A DNA stretch of 64,000 bases from Alkalispirochaeta sp. GTDB lineage: Bacteria > Spirochaetota > Spirochaetia > DSM-27196 > Alkalispirochaetaceae. A model generated the notes under the pieces. That model searched no databases and was not told where the DNA came from. It worked only from the letters and a program-made list of their open reading frames with translations. Of this stretch, positions 57,311 through 64,000 are shown one piece after another. The position numbers and the translations under genes are program-made. The DNA is taken from assembly GCA_965242725.1 (NCBI GenBank), contig CBDESZ010000030.1, positions 64,001 to 128,000 of the forward strand, written 5' to 3'. Each line of letters starts with the position of its first letter. The first letter of the stretch is position 1.

Positions 57311-57324
57311 TGAAATCGATTACA
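57311..57324. promoter_or_regulatory. LacI-type operator candidate
   Basis: Near-palindrome TGAAATCGATTACA in the divergent Gfo/PfkB intergenic region. Confidence 0.6.
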
Positions 57325-57431
57325 GTTAATACGTAGTATGGTAATTTCGAATATCCCCGTTGTCAAAGGGTACCTGGGCTCCGATGACGGGGACGGTGAG
57401 CATCCTGTACAATCCACTGCGGAGGATACAC

Positions 57432-58643
57432 GTGAGTACAACAAGGTCGATCCTGTCGGGTACGGGATGTGCGCTCATTGACTATCTGTTTACCGATATC
57501 AATTTTGATTCACCGCCCTTCCAACGCTACATATCCCGTACGCCCGGCGACGGCGGTCTGCGTCCGGGACATCTCGTGTTCGTGGAAGGGATTGAACGAT
57601 TTTCCGGATTGTCCTATCAGGACGTTCTGGAGGAGGTCACCGGAGGGAGCCGGCCTTTTTCAAGCAATCTCGGAGGTCCCTCAATCGTCTCCCTTGTACA
57701 CGCTGCACAGCTGCTTGCGGGGCGGGACGTGGAGGTTCCTTTTTTCGGCGTCCGGGGCAGCGATACAGCGGGAGAGCGGATCGCCGAGATCATCGCAGGG
57801 ACGCCCCTTTGTACCGACCATTATGACGTATGGGACGGGACAACCCCCTTTACCCACGTCCTTTCCGATCCGACCTGGGACGACGGTGCGGGGGAACGAT
57901 CGTTCATCAACGGCACCGGTGTCGCCGGTCGATACGCAACTGCCCATATCCCCTCCTCATTTTATGATCACGAAATAGTCGCATTCGGCGGAACGGCTCT
58001 CGTCCCTGCGCTGCACGATGAACTGCATGTTCCTGTACGCCGCGCCCGGAAGGGCGGATCGCTGACCGTGGTCAATACGGTCTATGATTTCCATAACGAG
58101 TCCCGCGCCCCCGACAGGCCGTGGCCGCTTGGAGAAAGCAACGAGACCTACAGACATACGGACCTTCTCGTCGTCGATGCCGAGGAGGCCCGTCGACTGA
58201 GCGGCGTTGAATCTATTGAGAAAAGCGCACAACGCTTTGTAGAAGCCGGTGTTTCGGCGGTCATCATCACCAACGGTCCTGACGATCTTTTCGTGATATC
58301 AACGGGAGGGCGGTTTCATCGTCTCGAAGGACAGCGTTTTCCGACGAGCCGTCGTGTACGGGAAGAGCTGAAGAGCACACCTGCGGCCCGGCGGGACACC
58401 ACGGGGTGCGGTGACAACTTTGTCGGCGGCGTCCTGTACTCACTGGCTGAGCAGATCTCCGCCGGCGAGAAGCGGCTGGATATGCGCCACGCAACGGCCT
58501 GGGGCGTTGCGTCAGGCGGCTTCGCCTGCTTCTCCGTCGGGGGTACGACGATAGAATCATATCCAGGCGAAAAGCGGGAACAGATTATCCCCTACGTGCG
58601 GGCGTATCAACGTCAGCTGGGAGGCGTTGTTGACGACGCATAA
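57432..58643 (+). CDS. PfkB family carbohydrate kinase
   Basis: NLGGP, ERSF, EEA, DTTGCGDNF.GG; SD GGAGG before GTG. Confidence 0.88.
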   Translation: MSTTRSILSGTGCALIDYLFTDINFDSPPFQRYISRTPGDGGLRPGHLVFVEGIERFSGLSYQDVLEEVTGGSRPFSSNLGGPSIVSLVHAAQLLAGRDVEVPFFGVRGSDTAGERIAEIIAGTPLCTDHYDVWDGTTPFTHVLSDPTWDDGAGERSFINGTGVAGRYATAHIPSSFYDHEIVAFGGTALVPALHDELHVPVRRARKGGSLTVVNTVYDFHNESRAPDRPWPLGESNETYRHTDLLVVDAEEARRLSGVESIEKSAQRFVEAGVSAVIITNGPDDLFVISTGGRFHRLEGQRFPTSRRVREELKSTPAARRDTTGCGDNFVGGVLYSLAEQISAGEKRLDMRHATAWGVASGGFACFSVGGTTIESYPGEKREQIIPYVRAYQRQLGGVVDDA

Positions 58644-59862
58644 CGACACCGACGGACAACTGATCGTCATATTCGGCGCAGGCAATATCGGACGTTCCTT
58701 TATCGGTCAGATCTTCGGCCGCAGCGGATACCGGGTCGTATTCGTCGACGTCGATACCGCTCTTGTGAAACGGCTGAATCGGGACCACCGGTATCACGTC
58801 GTTCACCGACATCCCGACGGGAGTGAAGAGCGACTCATCATCCCCAACGTTTCAGCTGTCGATGGAAATGATAAGAACGCCGTGGGGCAATATCTAGGGT
58901 CTGCACGGACGGTGGCAACCGCCGTCGGTGCCGCCGTTCTGCCCCGGCTGCTGCCGCTCCTCACCGATGAAGCTTCCCGCCGTATACGGAACGGCGAAGA
59001 GCCCTTTGACATTATCCTTGCGGAAAACATGCACGGCGCGGGCGACCTCGTACGCGCATCCTTTGAAAGGGCGGCAATCGACGCGGGCGTTCCCGCCCGG
59101 TACGACAGGACAAGACCAACCGGAAATCTCCCCGGCGTCGTTGAGTGCAGCGTCGGTAAAATGGTCCCCATCGTCTCACGTGAACGTCGAACCGCGGAGC
59201 CGACGACGGTGTGGGCGGAAGGATTCAACACGCTCCTGGTCGATGCAGACGGATGGAGCGGCGCGGTTCCGGACGTTCCTGAGCTCCGTCCCGTACGACC
59301 GATCGCCGCATGGGTAGACCGGAAGCTCTATATTCACAATCTCGGCCATGTGGCGTGTGCCTATCTCGGCCATCAGGCAATGTCGGAAGGCACCTATATA
59401 TGGGAGGTTGTTTCCCGCAACGATATCGCCCCGGCGGTACGACGCGTTATGTCCGCCGCCGCAACGGGGCTGAGGAGAGAATACCCCGCCGTATTTACCT
59501 CTGAGGATCTGGATGATCACATTGAGGATCTCCTCAGGCGCTTTGCCAACAGAGGTCTGGGAGACACGATATTCAGAGTGGGTCGGGATATACACCGGAA
59601 GCTCGGCCCCCGGGAGCGGGTGGTCGGCGCGCTGAGAATGCTGCAAAAACAGAATCTCGATACGACGCCCGTCGAAGCGGTCTATCGCGCCGCCCTTGGA
59701 TTCCACGCCGTCGACGGCTCGGGACGCCCTTTTCCCGCCGACGAGGAGTTTCATCGCACCCTTGCGGAAACGGAGGACCCCGCGGGCGTCCTGGCCGGGA
59801 TATCCGGTTTTGATGTCACCGGCGATCGGGCGTTACTTGAACGCCTGCTTCAACCGATGTGA
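58627..59862 (+). CDS. Mannitol-1-phosphate 5-dehydrogenase-like protein
   Basis: FGAGNIGRSFIG, TAVG, AEN, VGKMVP, RKLYIHNLGH, RFAN..L.D...RVGRD..RKL. Confidence 0.85.
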   Translation: MLTTHNDTDGQLIVIFGAGNIGRSFIGQIFGRSGYRVVFVDVDTALVKRLNRDHRYHVVHRHPDGSEERLIIPNVSAVDGNDKNAVGQYLGSARTVATAVGAAVLPRLLPLLTDEASRRIRNGEEPFDIILAENMHGAGDLVRASFERAAIDAGVPARYDRTRPTGNLPGVVECSVGKMVPIVSRERRTAEPTTVWAEGFNTLLVDADGWSGAVPDVPELRPVRPIAAWVDRKLYIHNLGHVACAYLGHQAMSEGTYIWEVVSRNDIAPAVRRVMSAAATGLRREYPAVFTSEDLDDHIEDLLRRFANRGLGDTIFRVGRDIHRKLGPRERVVGALRMLQKQNLDTTPVEAVYRAALGFHAVDGSGRPFPADEEFHRTLAETEDPAGVLAGISGFDVTGDRALLERLLQPM

Positions 59863-59870
59863 TCTGCCGG

Positions 59871-61388
59871 CTATCCTCTTTGAAGGGCTTCGAGAAATGC
59901 CCGCCGGTATTCATCGATACCGGGAATGGAAACTGCATCCACCGGAACGGTATTCAGCTCGACGGTATCCGCCAGATCCGCCAGCGGTCGACCCGTCAGC
60001 ACCGACTGTCCGCAGAGGGCGGCACCAAAGGCGGTCGCCTCTTCCACCGAGGTCAAAAAGATCGGATTATCCGGCAGGAGTGCGGAGAGCACGGCGAGAT
60101 AGGTCTCATTGTTTCTGAATCCGCCCTCTATGAAAATTTCGGTTCCCTTCCGCATACCCACCCGCTGCAGCGCAATCACCGACTGTATGGCGACGGAAAT
60201 ATCAACAAGCGCGAAAGCACGGGCATACTCGTTGAATGCTGCGGGAAAGGCGTCTTCCCTGTGTATTGACTCGAGACTGATCGTCATGAAGGTCCCGCCC
60301 TCCCCTTTCTCGACGACCCGCGCCTCCGAATCGGGAAACTGTCCGGATCCGCGTACCACCGACGGGAGAATAAACGCATCCCGCCGGGCCGCGATGTCCG
60401 TCAGGAGGCCGGTGTTGAGGGGCGGTTCATCGGAACGGTCATGACGCCGGGAGAGAATTTTCCGGTACGTCTCATACTCCAGCCCCCCCATGAGGATCGA
60501 CGTTTTGACCGGCCTGCCGTCATACCCGAGGTTGAAGAAAACCATTTTCCCGATTTCATCCGGTCGAAACGCAACGGTGTCGGTTGGGCGCATGGCAACA
60601 CACCACGTTCCCGTCGAATTGAGGACGAAATCCCGGTCCCTGGTAATGAGATAGGGAATGAGACTGGAGTTGGAGTCGTGAATCCCGGCGGTTACGACCG
60701 TTTGCGGGTCCAGACCGGTATGTTCCGCCACATCGGGAGTAATTGTTCCAATGGCCTCCGTCGGCAGCACCGGCCGCACGGGCAGGGCGTGACGCAGACC
60801 GAGTCGATCGACCACGTGGGACCAGTCGTTTTTCTCGTGATCCCACAGGTAGGTATGACATCCTGTATAGGTGATATCTGCGGTGGCCTTCCCGGTGAGG
60901 AGATAGGCGAAGTATTGGGGATAGAGGAGGAGGTGTCTGGTGGCATCAAAGCGGTCGGGGTAGCGTTCTTTCAGAAAAAAGAGAAGCTTTCCCACGTTTA
61001 TCAACGGCTGGACTTCCGCGGTCGCCGTCTTCTGCTGCAACTCCTCGGGTGAACCCATGGCGGCGAAGAAGCGTTTCCGGACCTCCTCATCCACTTCCTG
61101 GGTGTAGTCAAGAGGCGGCACCGACGGTTTCCCGTCGGCACCGACACATACCGCCGCCGCCCCGTGGGTGGCGATGGATATGACCTTGATGTCCCAGGCA
61201 GCGGCGAGATCGGTAAGCTGATCCAGAAACCACCGCTCGATACCCGCGACGTCCTCGACGCGAAACCCGTCAACAGTGACTGGTTCAATCTTGGTACGCC
61301 GGGCGTCCCGCATGCGCATGTCTTGATCAAAGATCGCAACTTTCTTGTTCGTCTTTCCGATATCCAGGACCGCGACTACCTGTTCCAT
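59871..61388 (-). CDS. FGGY carbohydrate kinase (probable L-fuculokinase role)
   Basis: VLDIGKTNKK, THGAA, GCHTYLW, GIHDSN.S, STGTW, EGGF; directly downstream of fucI. Confidence 0.82.
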   Translation of the reverse strand: MEQVVAVLDIGKTNKKVAIFDQDMRMRDARRTKIEPVTVDGFRVEDVAGIERWFLDQLTDLAAAWDIKVISIATHGAAAVCVGADGKPSVPPLDYTQEVDEEVRKRFFAAMGSPEELQQKTATAEVQPLINVGKLLFFLKERYPDRFDATRHLLLYPQYFAYLLTGKATADITYTGCHTYLWDHEKNDWSHVVDRLGLRHALPVRPVLPTEAIGTITPDVAEHTGLDPQTVVTAGIHDSNSSLIPYLITRDRDFVLNSTGTWCVAMRPTDTVAFRPDEIGKMVFFNLGYDGRPVKTSILMGGLEYETYRKILSRRHDRSDEPPLNTGLLTDIAARRDAFILPSVVRGSGQFPDSEARVVEKGEGGTFMTISLESIHREDAFPAAFNEYARAFALVDISVAIQSVIALQRVGMRKGTEIFIEGGFRNNETYLAVLSALLPDNPIFLTSVEEATAFGAALCGQSVLTGRPLADLADTVELNTVPVDAVSIPGIDEYRRAFLEALQRG

Positions 61389-61411
61389 ATCGCTCCTTGC
61401 CTCTCGGTCCC

Positions 61412-63220
61412 TTACCGATACAACGGGCCGTAGGTATCGCACGCCCGGTAGTCAGCGCCTTCCAGATCGGATCCAAAGAGTTTCCACGCCTGGGGGCGGA
61501 ACACCTGTTCCTTCGGAACGTTGTGCATATTGACCGGTATACGCAGCATCGACGCCAGTGTAATGAGGTCCGCGCCGATATGGCCGAAACTGATTGCGCC
61601 GTGGTTTGCGCCCCATGCACCCATGACCGAGTACACGTCGGTGAAATAGCCCTCGCCGGTTACACGCGGGACGAACCAGGTCGTCGGCCACGTCGGGTTG
61701 GTCCGGAGGTCCAGTTTTTCGTGAACCTCTTCAGGAAGATCCACAGTCCAGCCTTCCGCGATTTGCAGCACCGGCCCCTGCCCCTTCACGAGATTAACCC
61801 TGCACATCGTCACAGGCATGTCGCCGCGGGTAAGGAAGTCCGTTGAAAAACCGCCGCCCCTGAAGTAGCCGAGATCGGCGGGACAGAACTCGGTGTTGTT
61901 CACACACGCCGCCGCTTCTTCTCCGGTTATCTCCCAGAACGGTTTGATCGCCGGTTTTCCCTCTTTTTCCTGCCGTCCCGTCCCGTCGAGACAGGTGGAA
62001 CCACTGTTAATGAGGTGAATGATGCCGTCTTTGGCCGTTCCGGATAGGGTATGGCCGGTAACCCGCTTCACCGCTTCGGGGCTCCAGAATGTCCGTACAT
62101 CGCTGAATATCTGCGCCGTCCCCGTCAGGAGATGGCCGAAGAGCATGACCGCGCCGTTGAGGCTGTCGTTTTCGGTGGCGAAGATATAGGGGGCCCGTAA
62201 TCCGTCCCAGTCGAAGGAGGAATTGAGCATCGTCTCCATGAAATCGCCGTTGGGGAGGTAGTCCGTCCACTGTCGCTGGCCCTGGAACCCGGCGGCTATG
62301 GCGTTAAAACCGAGGGCTTCCTCGCCAAACCCGCGTTTTTCGAGCACAGGGTTGCCCTTCATGAGATCCTTGCCGATGAGCGTCATTTTCACCGACGTCT
62401 CCCATTCCCGGTCTTTCTCTTCCCGCGAGTGCTGCACCGACGGATCGTTGAAGTCACGACCTTCCTTCAGGTTTTCCTTCACCCATTTGATCGCCCGCTT
62501 GTACTCTTCAGGATCGTAAATATCCTGTTCGATCCGGCGGGAAACTTCACTCATGTCGACGTACTCGTTCCGCATGCCCAGGTATCTCTGGAAGAAATCG
62601 GGATCGACGATGGACCCGCCGATACCCATGGAGACCGATCCAATGGAGAGATATGATTTCCCGCGCATCACGATGACCGCCGTCGCCGCCCTGGCAAAGC
62701 GCAGTATCTTTTCCTGTACATCCGCCGGTATTGAATCGTCGTCAAGATCCTGGACGTCGTGTCCGTAAATGCCGAATGCGGGCAGCCCTTTCTGGGCGTG
62801 CGCCGCGAGTACGGCGGCGAGATAGACCGCGCCGGGACGCTCCGTTCCGTTGAATCCCCATACCGCCTTGACGGTCATGGGATCCATATCCATCGTCTCC
62901 GAGCCGTAACACCAGCAGGGCGTCACGGTCAGGGTCGCGCCGACGCCCTCCCGTTCAAATTTAGCCTGACACGCCGCGGATTCCGCGACGCGCCCGATCG
63001 TCGTATCGGCGATGACCACTTCCACCGGCGTTCCGTCGGGATAGCGGAGATTCTTTGTGATGAGATCCGCCGCGGCCCGCGCCATTTTCATCGTCTTGTC
63101 TTCCAGCGACTCCCGGACGCCGCCGAGGCGACCATCTATAGTCGGACGGATACCGATTTTCGGCTTTTCGCCGGCAAATCGCCACTCATCGGTTTTTTTG
63201 GGTTGTGGTTTCCAGTTCAT
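61412..63220 (-). CDS. fucI: L-fucose isomerase
   Basis: [64 protein letters not shown]. Confidence 0.97.
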   Translation of the reverse strand: MNWKPQPKKTDEWRFAGEKPKIGIRPTIDGRLGGVRESLEDKTMKMARAAADLITKNLRYPDGTPVEVVIADTTIGRVAESAACQAKFEREGVGATLTVTPCWCYGSETMDMDPMTVKAVWGFNGTERPGAVYLAAVLAAHAQKGLPAFGIYGHDVQDLDDDSIPADVQEKILRFARAATAVIVMRGKSYLSIGSVSMGIGGSIVDPDFFQRYLGMRNEYVDMSEVSRRIEQDIYDPEEYKRAIKWVKENLKEGRDFNDPSVQHSREEKDREWETSVKMTLIGKDLMKGNPVLEKRGFGEEALGFNAIAAGFQGQRQWTDYLPNGDFMETMLNSSFDWDGLRAPYIFATENDSLNGAVMLFGHLLTGTAQIFSDVRTFWSPEAVKRVTGHTLSGTAKDGIIHLINSGSTCLDGTGRQEKEGKPAIKPFWEITGEEAAACVNNTEFCPADLGYFRGGGFSTDFLTRGDMPVTMCRVNLVKGQGPVLQIAEGWTVDLPEEVHEKLDLRTNPTWPTTWFVPRVTGEGYFTDVYSVMGAWGANHGAISFGHIGADLITLASMLRIPVNMHNVPKEQVFRPQAWKLFGSDLEGADYRACDTYGPLYR

Positions 63221-63241
63221 CTGCTCCTCCTGTAGGTCTGA

Positions 63242-63676
63242 TTATTCCTCAATGACTACGCCCTTTTTCAAAATGATATTGGCATATAACGCTTTTTCAC
63301 TCGTCTGAATCGTCGCCACCGCCCGACGCGCCCGCTCATAGAAGGAAAAGCGTTCCATATGTTCAAAATGCGCGTGATCGGGTTCATGCTTTTCAACGAT
63401 CTTCCGATACGTCTCCCAGATCGGCGTCTCCACCGGATCACCCGGCGAAACTTCCATGAGCACCACCGGACTCTCCACATATCCGTCCAGAGGAAAGAAC
63501 CGGAGAATCGCATCGAGAAGGGGCGGAATCCCCACCCCGTCGGTGCGTATGACCCGGTCTGCACGCCCGCCGACAAAATAGTTCCCGTCGGCAATGACGA
63601 GCTCGTCGCCGTGGCCCATTTCCATCAGGGTGGAGAGAATTGCCGGAGACAATACGGAAGGGATTTTTTTCAACAT
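63242..63676 (-). CDS. fucU: L-fucose mutarotase (RbsD/FucU)
   Basis: EMGHGDELVIADGN, PLDGYV, ERFSFYER, YANIILKKGV; upstream of fucI. Confidence 0.9.
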   Translation of the reverse strand: MLKKIPSVLSPAILSTLMEMGHGDELVIADGNYFVGGRADRVIRTDGVGIPPLLDAILRFFPLDGYVESPVVLMEVSPGDPVETPIWETYRKIVEKHEPDHAHFEHMERFSFYERARRAVATIQTSEKALYANIILKKGVVIEE

Positions 63677-63708
63677 AGGCGCTCCTGTTGTTCCGGGACC
63701 ATTGTACC

Positions 63709-64000
63709 CTAAGATGAAATCTTCGGCGCGTGGGTGAGGACGTATTTTTCCGCCTCGCCGTTCCACAATCCGTTGTGCCGTTCCACGATCTTCGCAAGAT
63801 CCGCCATGAACTGATCATTTCGACCGAGTTTTTTCATGTCTGCTATGGCAGTGAGGGGCATCTCCACGTGGGTGTATATAAGCTTCTTTCCGCCGGGGAT
63901 CTTCGGCAGATTGAGGGTGGTCTCCACGACGGCGTTGAGCCCGCCGATGTGAGTAATCATGATCGAGGGATTGATCCGTCCCTCTTCCATCAACTCGAGA
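63709..64000 (-). CDS. C-terminus of a zinc-binding dehydrogenase (L-sorbose-1-phosphate reductase-like), partial
   Basis: INPSIMITHIGGL...LP.IPGGKKLIY...GLWN.EAE; the ORF continues beyond the window. Confidence 0.75.
   Translation of the reverse strand, partial: LELMEEGRINPSIMITHIGGLNAVVETTLNLPKIPGGKKLIYTHVEMPLTAIADMKKLGRNDQFMADLAKIVERHNGLWNGEAEKYVLTHAPKISS

Overview
A 64 kb bacterial chromosome segment, most likely from a free-living Spirochaetaceae (Spirochaeta/Alkalispirochaeta-like). This is inferred from gene content such as the archaeal-type pyrH and spirochaete-style signal peptides, not from a database search. (1) 1-19 kb is mostly housekeeping: recX, rpsI, rplM, a PcrA/UvrD helicase, rimO, rodZ-like, lolA-like, pyrH and tRNA-Leu(CAA). 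It also holds a cstA / small protein / Cys-free ArsA-Get3 ATPase module bracketed by two paralogous membrane proteins, and an orphan adenine methyltransferase. (2) 19-41.6 kb is accessory: a chromate/arsenic resistance cluster (chrA, sigZ, arsM, arsP, thioredoxin-like, arsR, arsC, acr3), a GDPD, an orphan wzz-like gene, a MacAB-TolC-type exporter and hcp. The best novelty candidate is a six-gene cassette at 29.8-33.6 kb. It encodes a secreted precursor (Sec signal + double-glycine-like leader + Cys/His NlpC/P60-like domain), two paralogous secreted LRR-like proteins, a stand-alone C39 peptidase, a FapF-like beta-barrel and a lipoprotein. It looks like a Fap-type export machine reused as a toxin/immunity system. 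(3) 41.7-64 kb is a large sugar catabolism region (ABC transporter, twin cupin proteins, ulaE-like, FGGY kinases, LacI, fucI, two fucU). It is interrupted by an atypical IS whose terminal inverted repeats also bound a 138-bp MITE-like element at 18.9 kb. Many genes appear to be leaderless. All product calls come from motif recognition by eye.
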